Shown here: positions 8,905 to 16,944 of the stretch, piece after piece
Layout of the letters: each line of letters begins with the position of its first letter
Numbering within the stretch: position 1 is the stretch's first letter
Origin: a virus
Taxonomy: Duplodnaviria > Heunggongvirae > Uroviricota > Caudoviricetes
Length of the DNA: 28,386 nucleotides
IMG/VR virus record: IMGVR_UViG_3300031994_000017
Span: 122,023 to 150,408 of that record
Reading direction: 5' to 3' (one strand)
Made by a program: the position numbers and the translations under genes
The notes under the pieces: model-generated
The model's database searches: none
Told to the model about the DNA's origin: nothing
Seen by the model: only the letters and a program-made list of their open reading frames with translations

Positions 8905-9360
8905 ATTTCTTTGAAATTTTTTAGCAATACGCGAGAAGTCCTGTCGCCTATCTTCTTATTTTACCGAGGCGCGACCATCGGAAGGAATTTGCCGCGCCCT
9001 CTTGACATTGCTATTATAGCACATTTTGTGCTGTTCGTCAAGGGGTTTCTGAAAAAAATCTCTAGAAAATTTTTTTCATCCTCGTGCGTTCCTATGAGAG
9101 TCATCTATCTCAATCTTATAACCGCTTTAGGTCTATTGCGACTTCCAACCGCCGCCCCACACCAAAGAAGTGGCTCAGAGGTATCTCCCCTTGACATTGA
9201 CATTATAGCACATTGTGTGCTATTTGTCAAGGGGTTTTTCAAAAAATTTTTGAAAAAGTTTTTTCGTTACCGAGTATCCAAAACCAAGAGAGCCCTTTGG
9301 GACTTTTATCTCTTGCCCCTTGACATTGATAGTATAGCACATTTACATCCAAAAGTCAAG
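8905..9360 (-). ncRNA. three tandem promoter-driven ORF-less units (candidate small RNAs)
   Basis: Promoters at 9013-9041, 9202-9230 and 9331-9359 are each followed by NNCAATGTCAAGRGG and 70-130 nt of hairpin-rich sequence with no RBS-ATG ORF. Confidence 0.45.
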
Positions 9361-9454
9361 AAGTATTTTTATACATTTTAATGAATATTCATACGTTCAT
9401 CAAAACGCACAATTCCGGGAGAAAAAATAATTGAAAATTTGTTGATTTTGCCTA

Positions 9455-9520
9455 TTGACAAAAAGCTGAGGGTGTGGTATAATGGAATTTCCGGCCGCCC
9501 CGCGTGTAAGCGGCCGGTCG
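9455..9520 (+). promoter_or_regulatory. antisense promoter plus GC hairpin module
   Basis: GCCTATTGACA-17-TATAAT (TG extended), then AATTT-CCGGCCGC/GCGGCCGG stem, then CGATGAA. Confidence 0.7.
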
Positions 9521-9605
9521 ATGAATATTTATACATTTTTATGTATAAATATTCAACGCATACAAAATGAATGAATATTCACCAGAGTGAATATTCATTC
9601 GTTGA

Positions 9606-9965
9606 CTATTCGGATTTTGCGGGGCGGTGTTTGGTGAGTTTCAGCGTATAGGTCGCGCCATCAAACGCGAATAGGATTTCCGTTTCAGTTTTCATTTCCA
9701 AGACTTCTGCCCCGGCACCCTCAAGCGGTATCCTACAAAGGTTCAAAATGCGCTTTTTCGTTTTATCAACTTTTCGCTCACGCTTTACCGGTGTAGCCTG
9801 CTTGCGCTCTGCGCGTCTCGCCTTTTTTGCGCCAGCTTTGCGGTCTTCGGGCAACTCATAAAGTTTTGCGCCTCGGTCGATTTCTTTGTCTTCCTCAATG
9901 ATTTCTAGGGCTTCCGCTTCGCTAATGTTCAGCGTATCCATGAGCTTTTTAACCTGTGCGGTCAT
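9606..9965 (-). CDS. hypothetical protein, paralog of 7961-8350
   Basis: 119 aa, AAAGGAG RBS; shares LM..L..S..EA..II.ED..ID.G and ER..RK..K; TAG stop. Confidence 0.8.
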   Translation of the reverse strand: MTAQVKKLMDTLNISEAEALEIIEEDKEIDRGAKLYELPEDRKAGAKKARRAERKQATPVKRERKVDKTKKRILNLCRIPLEGAGAEVLEMKTETEILFAFDGATYTLKLTKHRPAKSE

Positions 9966-10021
9966 GGGTTAATCACTCCTTTTTTGAGTAGGGCGGGGAT
10001 TGCTCCCCGCCCCTTGGGGAA

Positions 10022-10393
10022 TTACGCAAGGGAGTAATAAACCTTGCGCTTATCGGTGGTCTTGCTCACCTTGCCCTCGGCAACCAGTCCCCGCATAAGG
10101 TAGGAAACCTTGGGCGCAGACAGACCAAGAGAAACCACAGTCGGCAGATTCTTTGCGATTTCATCAGACGAATACAGGGTACCGGGCTCCATCTCGGAAA
10201 GGATAGCGGAGCGGATTTCGGCGTCCTGCGCCTTCTGTTCTACCTGCTTCTTGGTGGGCTTGCGCTCGGCAGTGTTGCGCTTGATGGTCTGGTCACGAAG
10301 CTGAATCAGCTTCTCCTGAACCTCATCGGAGGTCACAGCAATGGCGGCATTCAGAGCGTCAACGTAGGTCATCTTCTTGGTGGAATTAGTCAT
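10022..10393 (-). CDS. probable winged-helix DNA-binding protein, paralog of 8435-8809
   Basis: 123 aa; first 18 residues 15/18 identical to paralog (MTNSTKKMTYVDALNAAI); tandem promoters at 10467-10495 and 10558-10586. Confidence 0.8.
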   Translation of the reverse strand: MTNSTKKMTYVDALNAAIAVTSDEVQEKLIQLRDQTIKRNTAERKPTKKQVEQKAQDAEIRSAILSEMEPGTLYSSDEIAKNLPTVVSLGLSAPKVSYLMRGLVAEGKVSKTTDKRKVYYSLA

Positions 10394-10623
10394 GGTATCA
10401 AATCCTTTCTTGCGGTAGGTCGCAACCCATTTTTTTATTTTTTGTTTTATCCCCTTGGGACACCCTTATTATATCATATCCAAATCAGCTTGTCAAGTGT
10501 TTTTTTCACTTTTTTCAAACTTTTTTGGTTTTTCGGGGTTTCCCTTTGGAGTGTCTTTATTATAGCAAATTTTTCCGCATTTGTCAAGAACTTTTTTTAT
10601 TTTTTTTGAGGAATTATGGGGAG

Positions 10624-11367
10624 TTATGCTCCCCATAATTCAATAATGTATCGCTTAATTCGCTCTTCTTCTGGCTCAGGCACTTTTACACTTGAAAACT
10701 CTTTCTGAAAAACGCCTTTGCGCATCGGCTTTTTCTGTTTGATACAATAGGCGAGAATTTCCTTTTCAATTAGCACATCTTCAAGCCCTGTGTGATTTTC
10801 TACAAAATCGGGGTTTTTAGTAATGTATCTGTAAAGGATTTCTGCGGTCTTGCGAGGATTGCCATTTTTCAGTAAATAGTCATGCTCTGCGCAAAAATGC
10901 TTGTATGTCGGCATTTTACACATAACATCTTGCGCCATTCTCATTGTGTCCCAAATCTCAAACCCATAAGGGAAAAAGTATCTGTATTTGCTCCCAGTCA
11001 AAAAGCGTTGAGTGGTATTCAAAGCGTTCAAATCAAATCTTGCGTTATGAGCGCAAACAGTATTACAATTGAAACGCTTACAATCACGGATGAAAATTTG
11101 TCTCGCATACTTGAAAGAAATGATTTTCCGCTTTCCGCTTTCTATATCTTCCAAATACTGAGGAATTTTTTCCGCATAATAGGCGGTCTGCATTAGGTCG
11201 TGTTCCTTACAAAAAATATCAGAGATAAGATAGGAACGTGAACAATACACATTTCCTCTTTTGTCTACAATAGCCCATCCCAAGTCATATACTAGGCTAT
11301 CTTCAAGTCCATTTGCCGTCTCGGTGTCAAGGACGGCAATATACTTTTTTCTGCGGTCAATGGTCAT
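10624..11367 (-). CDS. DEDDh 3'-5' exonuclease (DnaQ/RNase T-like)
   Basis: ExoI VLDTET, ExoII AHNARFD, ExoIII HTGLED; own promoter 11424-11452. Confidence 0.85.
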   Translation of the reverse strand: MTIDRRKKYIAVLDTETANGLEDSLVYDLGWAIVDKRGNVYCSRSYLISDIFCKEHDLMQTAYYAEKIPQYLEDIESGKRKIISFKYARQIFIRDCKRFNCNTVCAHNARFDLNALNTTQRFLTGSKYRYFFPYGFEIWDTMRMAQDVMCKMPTYKHFCAEHDYLLKNGNPRKTAEILYRYITKNPDFVENHTGLEDVLIEKEILAYCIKQKKPMRKGVFQKEFSSVKVPEPEEERIKRYIIELWGA

Positions 11368-11583
11368 TTTTAATTCCTTTCTGCGGTGGGGTGTATCTTC
11401 ATTTCCCCATCAGCGCAAGGCTATTATATCATACTTGGCCGAGAATGTCAAGCACTTTTTTCGAATTTATAAATATTCATTCGGTTGTATATTTATTCAT
11501 CGTTTTGTGCGGAAAAGTTGGGAATTGTGCAACATACACAATTCCGGGATTTTTAGAGACTGAAAATTTGTGTAAATTGCCTA

Positions 11584-11646
11584 TTGACAAATTCTGAATG
11601 ATGTGGTATAATGAAAATTTCGCCCGCCATGTCCCATGGCGGGCCG
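11584..11646 (+). promoter_or_regulatory. antisense promoter plus GC hairpin module
   Basis: GCCTATTGACA-17-TATAAT (TG extended), then AATTTC-GCCCGCCATG/CATGGCGGGC stem, then CGATGAA; homologous to 9455-9520. Confidence 0.7.
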
Positions 11647-11680
11647 ATGAAAACTAAAGGGAGTGAGCGCACTCACCCCC

Positions 11681-11914
11681 TTAATCAAATTCAAAGTTGT
11701 CCCAATCTTCGACATAAACCTCCGAATACTCAGGGTTTTCATAGTATTTAGGAACGATACCCGCATCTCGCAGCTCAGAAAATGCATGACGGAAGTTGTC
11801 AATGAGTTTTTGACGCTTAATTCTTCTGCGTCGTTGCTGTTCTTCATAAAAAATGTTGATAGTGGCCACAATTTCTTCATCAGCCATGGCAGAAGCCATT
11901 TTTTCAAAATCCAT
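11681..11914 (-). CDS. hypothetical protein (77 aa)
   Basis: Start moved to MDFEK (AAAGGAG RBS), own promoter, TAA. Confidence 0.75.
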   Translation of the reverse strand: MDFEKMASAMADEEIVATINIFYEEQQRRRRIKRQKLIDNFRHAFSELRDAGIVPKYYENPEYSEVYVEDWDNFEFD

Positions 11915-12011
11915 TTTTTTTATCTCCTTTGTTTTTGTATCTACATTATAACACATCAAAATCATTTTGTCAAGCGTTTTTTGAAAAATTTTTTGTTTAG
12001 GCGCGAACCCC

Positions 12012-12227
12012 TTAGGGGTTCAGCGCCATCATATCTTCGGCATAGCGTCCGGGTTCAAAACATTTTGCCTCGTCAATTAGTGAACCAAAAACATCGGGGT
12101 AAGCGTCAACCTCAAAATCTTCATGGTGAGTATCGGCTTTGAAAAGTTCTTCGGCAATGGCGCAGGCTTCTTCATAGGTTTCAGCTTCCACATTTTGATA
12201 GATGGTAACTCTTGTTTCCCAAAGCAT
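12012..12227 (-). CDS. hypothetical protein
   Basis: 71 aa, AAAGGAG RBS, own promoter, TAA in loop of GCGCTGAACCC/GGGTTCGCGC hairpin. Confidence 0.75.
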   Translation of the reverse strand: MLWETRVTIYQNVEAETYEEACAIAEELFKADTHHEDFEVDAYPDVFGSLIDEAKCFEPGRYAEDMMALNP

Positions 12228-12274
12228 TTTTATTATCTCCTTTCTTTTGTATCTACATTATATCATACTTTTAA

Positions 12275-12433
12275 TCATTTGTCAAGAGTTCTTTTGAAAA
12301 TTTCTCTTGTTCCATTTCTCCAAACAGAAAAATCATCCATTTTGGCTTTTTCTGCTTTTTCATAGGAAGAATAAACACCTAAGATTTGAGTTGCTCCGCT
12401 TTCCCAAGTTTCTACTACGACATAAACAGTCAT
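12275..12433 (-). CDS. hypothetical protein (52 aa)
   Basis: MTVYVVVETWESGATQILGVYSSYEKAEKAKMDDFSVWRNGTREIFKRTLDK*; AAAGGAG RBS, own promoter; not in ORF track. Confidence 0.7.
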   Translation of the reverse strand: MTVYVVVETWESGATQILGVYSSYEKAEKAKMDDFSVWRNGTREIFKRTLDK

Positions 12434-12486
12434 TTTTTTATCTCCTTTGCTTTTGTATCTGTATTATAGCACATTTTTTGCCTCTG

Positions 12487-12657
12487 TCAAGTAGAATTTT
12501 CATTTTCTTCCCAATACGCAGGCGCGCTTTCTACATCTTGTCCACAATTAGGATAAAAAGGACAGTTGACACATTCAGAAAAAGGAATATTTTCACAAGC
12601 CTCTCGCATCAGGTATAAACCCTCTCGCATCTGTTCAATATACTTTTGATTAAGCAT
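12487..12657 (-). CDS. small Cys-rich protein (56 aa)
   Basis: MLNQKYIEQMREGLYLMREACENIPFSECVNCPFYPNCGQDVESAPAYWEENENST*; AAAGGAG RBS, own promoter; not in ORF track. Confidence 0.7.
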   Translation of the reverse strand: MLNQKYIEQMREGLYLMREACENIPFSECVNCPFYPNCGQDVESAPAYWEENENST

Positions 12658-12744
12658 TTTAGTAGCTCCTTTCTTTTTTGTATCTACATTATATCACACA
12701 AAGTATTATTTGTCAAGAGTTTTTTTGAAAAAAGGGAGGAAATT

Positions 12745-12969
12745 TTATCCTCCCATCATTTCCTTATACTTATTTTTTCTTTTCTTTTTAAAGGTTTTGG
12801 CATCAAATTCTTTGGCTTCATAAAAGTCAAAATAAAGTCTTTCTCCGAATTCAAATTCCTGATATTTAAAATATGAATGATGCTTCATTGCTTCTTCAAG
12901 AGAGGGATAAATATAGCTAACATCAGTGTCTTCCCCGAAGCCGTCAACCCATTCCAAAATAGCAATCAT
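12745..12969 (-). CDS. hypothetical protein (74 aa)
   Basis: True start MIAILEW (AAAGGAG RBS, promoter 13005-13033); the longer track ORF runs through the promoter. Confidence 0.75.
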   Translation of the reverse strand: MIAILEWVDGFGEDTDVSYIYPSLEEAMKHHSYFKYQEFEFGERLYFDFYEAKEFDAKTFKKKRKNKYKEMMGG

Positions 12970-13060
12970 TTTTGTTATTCTCCTTTCGTTTCTTTCTGGG
13001 TGTATTATAGCACACTTTTCCACCTTTGTCAAGCATTTTTTTAATTTTGGTGAGGATTTT

Positions 13061-13276
13061 TTAATCCTCACCAAAACCATAAACGATATTGCCAGAACTA
13101 GTGAACAGAAGAACGCCAAAGGGGCAAGGGTCGTTCTCATCAACAGGCTCTTCCCACCAGTAAATTGCTTTACGGCGCGCTTTTGCGGCATCAATGAAGT
13201 GCTCAAACTCTTTACGCGCAACCTCACGTCCATCGGTGAGGTCATAGACGGCAACAATAAAATTAACAGTAGGCAT
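13061..13276 (-). CDS. hypothetical protein
   Basis: 71 aa, AAAGGA RBS, own promoter, TAA in hairpin. Confidence 0.75.
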   Translation of the reverse strand: MPTVNFIVAVYDLTDGREVARKEFEHFIDAAKARRKAIYWWEEPVDENDPCPFGVLLFTSSGNIVYGFGED

Positions 13277-13335
13277 GATATTGATTCCTTTCTTTGTTTT
13301 TTGTGATTACATTATATCACATTTTTTCGTTCTTG

Positions 13336-13485
13336 TCAAGGGTTTTCTATTTCTTTTTTTCTATGTTTTTCATGACGCTTAAAAGAACCTTTACCCTTTT
13401 TTGCGCGAACAGTAGAACCTCTGCGCCTAAAGGCTAGGTAATCTTGAAGCTCTTGTCCGCTTTTCTTTAGGTATTCTTTATTCAT
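13336..13485 (-). CDS. arfA: ArfA-like alternative ribosome-rescue peptide (49 aa)
   Basis: MNKEYLKKSGQELQDYLAFRRRGSTVRAKKGKGSFKRHEKHRKKEIENP*; FRxR...KKGKGS(F/Y)xRxxKH matches the ArfA core (E. coli [21 protein letters not shown]); GAGAGGT RBS; promoter TTGACT-17-TATAAT 13516-13544; not in ORF track. Confidence 0.75.
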   Translation of the reverse strand: MNKEYLKKSGQELQDYLAFRRRGSTVRAKKGKGSFKRHEKHRKKEIENP

Positions 13486-13524
13486 TTCTTATTACCTCTC
13501 TCATTTGGTAGCTTTATTATAGCA

Positions 13525-13758
13525 TCATTCATACAAAAAGTCAAGATATTTTTCAGCGTAGGTATAAATTTTTGCCGCGATTTTTCTTGGTAAAATATAA
13601 TAGCAGAAGTGGCCATTCTCTTTAGAAAAAGTGCCACGCCAGCCGAAAAACCAATTCCACCAAAAGGGTTTAGCTTCGCAATACAGCTCAGCCAATTTTA
13701 CAAGCGGCATTTCATAATCATCATAACGGATTTTTGTGTAGTTAAAAAGAGTATACAT
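13525..13758 (-). CDS. hypothetical protein (77 aa)
   Basis: Start moved to MYTLFNY (AAAGGA RBS), promoter TTGACA-17-TATACT; 3' end overlaps the promoter of the ArfA-like gene. Confidence 0.7.
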   Translation of the reverse strand: MYTLFNYTKIRYDDYEMPLVKLAELYCEAKPFWWNWFFGWRGTFSKENGHFCYYILPRKIAAKIYTYAEKYLDFLYE

Positions 13759-13946
13759 GATATTAGTTCCTTTCTTTTTGTGATTATAGTATAGCATAGA
13801 TTAAGGTCTTTGTCAAGTGTTTTTAGGAAAAAATTTCAAAGAATTTTTATTCAATTTTTTGTATAAAAATTTACTAATAGTCTATTGGTGTAGAATTTCC
13901 TCGCGCCTGGTCCGTAGGCGCGAGGGTCAAAGGAAAAGGTGGTTTA

Positions 13947-13988
13947 AAAAATGGGGCAGCTTGGTAGAAAGGTAGACCAAACTGCCCC
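13947..13988 (-). terminator. intrinsic terminator of the tRNA-Lys unit
   Basis: GGGGCAGTTTGGT-loop-ACCAAGCTGCCCC followed by ATTTTT on the minus strand. Confidence 0.65.
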
Positions 13989-14024
13989 GGGGCCAAAAGG
14001 AAGGAGAACAACAAAGGAAACGTG

Positions 14025-14100
14025 TGGTGCGTCCGGGGAGATTCGAACTCCCGACCCACAGATTAAAAGTCTGTTGCTCTACCATCTGAGCTACGGGCGC
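14025..14100 (-). tRNA. trnK: tRNA-Lys (anticodon TTT)
   Basis: GCGCCCG TA GCTC AGATGGTA GAGC A ACAGA CTTTTAA TCTGT GGGTC GGGAG TTCGAAT CTCCC CGGACGC A CCA; full cloverleaf, encoded CCA, one C4:A69 mismatch; own promoter. Confidence 0.95.
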
Positions 14101-14203
14101 ATTTCTCTTACCTTCTATATATATTATAGCAAATTTTTTTCAAAAAGTCAAGTAGAAATTTCAAAAAATGAAACGAATTTTCTGGAAGATTTGGAGTGAA
14201 AAA

Positions 14204-14524
14204 TCACTCCAAATCATCATCATTCAAGAAAGCCCTCATGGGTGAAATGAAAAGTTCTTTCATTCTCTTAATATAGAGCTGGATAATCCTGTCAACTGTT
14301 TCCTCAGGAGTGAGAGCAGAGACATCCTCTTCATCCCAAGGGAACTGATAAGTTTCTACATATCCATTTTCAGAACCGCTAGTATATTCGTGGCAGGCGA
14401 CATCTCCGATTGTCCAAGGGAAACGGATTTGTGCCCCACCCCAGCAATCATTAACTTCATTAGGGATACCATAAAAGTCCAGCTTGTCAGACATGGCGGC
14501 GATACGCTCGTTGTAAGTATTCAT
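14204..14524 (-). CDS. phage hypothetical protein (106 aa)
   Basis: Start moved to MNTYNERI (AAAGGAG RBS, promoter 14559-14587), TGA in hairpin. Confidence 0.75.
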   Translation of the reverse strand: MNTYNERIAAMSDKLDFYGIPNEVNDCWGGAQIRFPWTIGDVACHEYTSGSENGYVETYQFPWDEEDVSALTPEETVDRIIQLYIKRMKELFISPMRAFLNDDDLE

Positions 14525-14606
14525 TGTTGTTGTCTCCTTTGTTTTATTTTGTATCTTAATTATACACCATCTTTTGCGACTTGTCAAGGGGTTTTCAAAA
14601 AGTTTT

Positions 14607-14780
14607 TTAATTATTTTTTGCGGGTTCGATATTCATAGCACAAAAATAGGGTCTTGCTCCTGCGGCCTCACAGATTTTTTCCCACTGATAATACAGATGA
14701 CTAAATTCTGCTTCTGCTTCTTCTTCACTATTGGCTTTAATTTTAAGCCAGCTATCAAAGTCTACATAATAAGTTTTCAT
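14607..14780 (-). CDS. hypothetical protein (57 aa)
   Basis: MKTYYVDFDSWLKIKANSEEEAEAEFSHLYYQWEKICEAAGARPYFCAMNIEPAKNN*; TAATG-coupled to upstream gene; not in ORF track. Confidence 0.7.
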   Translation of the reverse strand: MKTYYVDFDSWLKIKANSEEEAEAEFSHLYYQWEKICEAAGARPYFCAMNIEPAKNN

Positions 14781-14995
14781 TAACTTCTTTCCCCTTTCAT
14801 CGCCGCGGCAAAGTCAAGAAATTTTGCCACAAAAACGTCATCTTCCAAGTAAAAGGGGTCTGCTCCATACCACAGTGCGAAGTTGGACATAAGCTGCATG
14901 AAGCGCAGGTCGGGGAAATCCTCACGCCATACACGCTGTATAACAGAACTAACAGACACAATTCTACCAGGATTTCTCATTTTTCTATCTCTCAT
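14780..14995 (-). CDS. phage hypothetical protein (MRNPxRI...PDLRFxQL...DPFYLED type)
   Basis: Start moved to MRDRK (AAAGGAG RBS), own promoter. Confidence 0.75.
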   Translation of the reverse strand: MRDRKMRNPGRIVSVSSVIQRVWREDFPDLRFMQLMSNFALWYGADPFYLEDDVFVAKFLDFAAAMKGERS

Positions 14996-15092
14996 TTTTT
15001 TATCTCCTTTCATTTTCTATAATTATTATACCATAATTTTTCCAAAAAGTCAAGAAGTTTTTTTATTTTTTTTATTTTTATGATTGGGAAGC

Positions 15093-15326
15093 TTAAAGCT
15101 TCCCAATCAATTCAGGCTCGTGTGCTTCATTCCGCCAAGAGTCAGGCCACTGTTTGTACAGCTCTTTACTTCCCCTATGGTAGACATAATAATAGCCATC
15201 ACCACCACAGGGATAAATCAAAAAACGGTCTCCCAGTAAATTGACGCTAATGCTATTGATAAGCTCCATATCTTTAGTTAAAACTGTAAAGGTGTCAAGA
15301 ACTTTCGTAAAATCGCTAGGCCACAT
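15093..15326 (-). CDS. hypothetical protein
   Basis: 77 aa, AAAGGAG RBS, own promoter, TAA in hairpin loop. Confidence 0.75.
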   Translation of the reverse strand: MWPSDFTKVLDTFTVLTKDMELINSISVNLLGDRFLIYPCGGDGYYYVYHRGSKELYKQWPDSWRNEAHEPELIGKL

Positions 15327-15411
15327 TGTTTTATTCTCCTTTCTGTTGGTAGCTTTATTATAGCATATTTCTTTTGGTTTGTCAAGAACTTTTTTGGTAG
15401 CTGGACACTTT

Positions 15412-15621
15412 TTAATAAGTGTCCAGCCCCATCATTTCAGCGGTTGCGTAGCTTACCCGACCATAGCATTCAAGATTGACATCGGGGAAATTTTCCTTTG
15501 CGATGCGCAGGGCTTCTGCTTTTGCGCGGTCCATAGCCTCGTATACTTCAACGAAGAATTCCTCTCCGTCCAGCTCGCTGTCCTCATCCTCTATTGCGAA
15601 CCACCAGGTTGTGCGTCTCAT
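15412..15621 (-). CDS. hypothetical acidic protein (69 aa)
   Basis: Start moved to MRRTTWW (AAAGGAG RBS), promoter with TATACT -10. Confidence 0.75.
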   Translation of the reverse strand: MRRTTWWFAIEDEDSELDGEEFFVEVYEAMDRAKAEALRIAKENFPDVNLECYGRVSYATAEMMGLDTY

Positions 15622-15811
15622 AGTGTTTAGCTCCTTTCCTTTTGTGATTATAGTATACCACATTTTTTGCGATTTGTCAAGAGGTTTATGGGAGAAAATT
15701 AAAAAAATTTTTGGCGCTAGCTTTCAACGCGGAAATTTGCAGACAGAGGTTCCACCGAAAATGCCGCGCGTTTCGCTTGATAACGCGCGGCTCAAAAAAC
15801 CGATGACCGCC

Positions 15812-16180
15812 TCAGCAGTCATCGGTATAGCACCCCAGATAGGGGTCAAAGCCCATATCCTCATTGAACGAGGGCTCAGAGAGGTGGGAGTCGGGGCACT
15901 CATCACCATAGGGACAGAGATCACAAATGCCATCACATTCATCATTCTCTTCGTTGGTGTGCCAACCATCGGCGACATTGTCCCGATAGTTCCAGACCAC
16001 TTCACCAGTAGTCGCATCAACTACTGTCACATCGGTGGCGAAAGTAACTTTGTGCTGGAACTGGTCGCCAATGTGGAGCGCGCAGGTGATAATTACATCA
16101 AGATTGACAACAGTTGCGTCAAATTCCGCAACAGGGGTATCGCTAGGAAGAACGTAAATGTAATGAGAAGGGTATTCCAT
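15812..16180 (-). CDS. hypothetical acidic protein with C-x3-C-x2-C-x5-C cluster
   Basis: 122 aa, AAAGGAG RBS, own promoter; ECDGICDLCPYGDECPD. Confidence 0.75.
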   Translation of the reverse strand: MEYPSHYIYVLPSDTPVAEFDATVVNLDVIITCALHIGDQFQHKVTFATDVTVVDATTGEVVWNYRDNVADGWHTNEENDECDGICDLCPYGDECPDSHLSEPSFNEDMGFDPYLGCYTDDC

Positions 16181-16266
16181 TTTTTATCTCCTTTCCTTTT
16201 GTATCTTTATTATAGCACACTTTTGGTCAGTTGTCAAGAGTTTTTTTAAAAAAAAAGGAAGATTTT

Positions 16267-16413
16267 TCAATCTTCCTTATAAGTGAGGTTCATTAAATTT
16301 TCTTCTCTGCCATCACGAGTATCAACTAAATAGATACCCAGCGTTTCACATTCTTCTAGCGCCGCCCAGAGTCTCTGAATAGCGTGTTCCTTAATTTCTT
16401 CGTAAGTTTTCAT
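16267..16413 (-). CDS. hypothetical protein (48 aa)
   Basis: Start moved to MKTYEEIK (GAAGGAG RBS), own promoter, TGA in hairpin. Confidence 0.7.
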   Translation of the reverse strand: MKTYEEIKEHAIQRLWAALEECETLGIYLVDTRDGREENLMNLTYKED

Positions 16414-16524
16414 TTTTATTATCTCCTTCCCTCTTTCTGATGTTATTATAGCACATAGTTTTAGGATTGTCAAGAGTTTTTTTGAAAAAATTGCGGTCGG
16501 GTTAAAAGCGGAGTTACCCTCCGC

Positions 16525-16647
16525 TTATTTCTTCCGTGTGTATCTAATAACATAGAGTGGGATAATCCCAAAGAGGAACCAGCCCTTATAATGATACACA
16601 GTCAGACCAAGCCTCTTGTACTTAGTCCATTCTCGGCGGATAATCAT
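16525..16647 (-). CDS. small basic/hydrophobic peptide (40 aa)
   Basis: MIIRREWTKYKRLGLTVYHYKGWFLFGIIPLYVIRYTRKK*; ATG directly after TAA of upstream gene; followed by AAGCGGAG/CTCCGCTT-TT terminator; not in ORF track. Confidence 0.7.
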   Translation of the reverse strand: MIIRREWTKYKRLGLTVYHYKGWFLFGIIPLYVIRYTRKK

Positions 16648-16854
16648 TTATTTTTCCTCCTTGTCCTCATGGTAATAATCGAATCGTCGCAGGTATTCAA
16701 TATCGTTTTGCATAGCATGTTTCAGCAGGTCGGCGGTAGTCCCATAGGTTTGGGCAATGTCTTGATGTCCGCTTATAATGTGTTCATCCCAATAAGCGGC
16801 TCTTTCTCTAAACATTCGCAGACACATTTCCAAGGCAGTTTCATTCTTATTCAT
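16648..16854 (-). CDS. hypothetical protein
   Basis: 68 aa, AAAGGAG RBS, own promoter. Confidence 0.75.
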   Translation of the reverse strand: MNKNETALEMCLRMFRERAAYWDEHIISGHQDIAQTYGTTADLLKHAMQNDIEYLRRFDYYHEDKEEK

Positions 16855-16944
16855 TTTTTATCTCCTTTGTTTTTCTTTCTGTCTGTATTATAACATGTTT
16901 TGTCCGGTTTGTCAAGTGTTTTTTTTATTTTTTTTGTGGGGCTA

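Noticed and set aside
8399-9381. Plus-strand ORFs 8399-8869 and 8833-9381
   Set aside because: Antisense to a real gene and promoters; repetitive FFKKF/LDIDII text comes from translating promoter repeats
11261-16249. Plus-strand shadow ORFs (e.g. 11663-12142, 12926-13306, 15476-16249) and minus ORFs 11581-11907 and 15724-16020
   Set aside because: They overlap better-supported genes that have an RBS and promoter, and have no expression signals of their own
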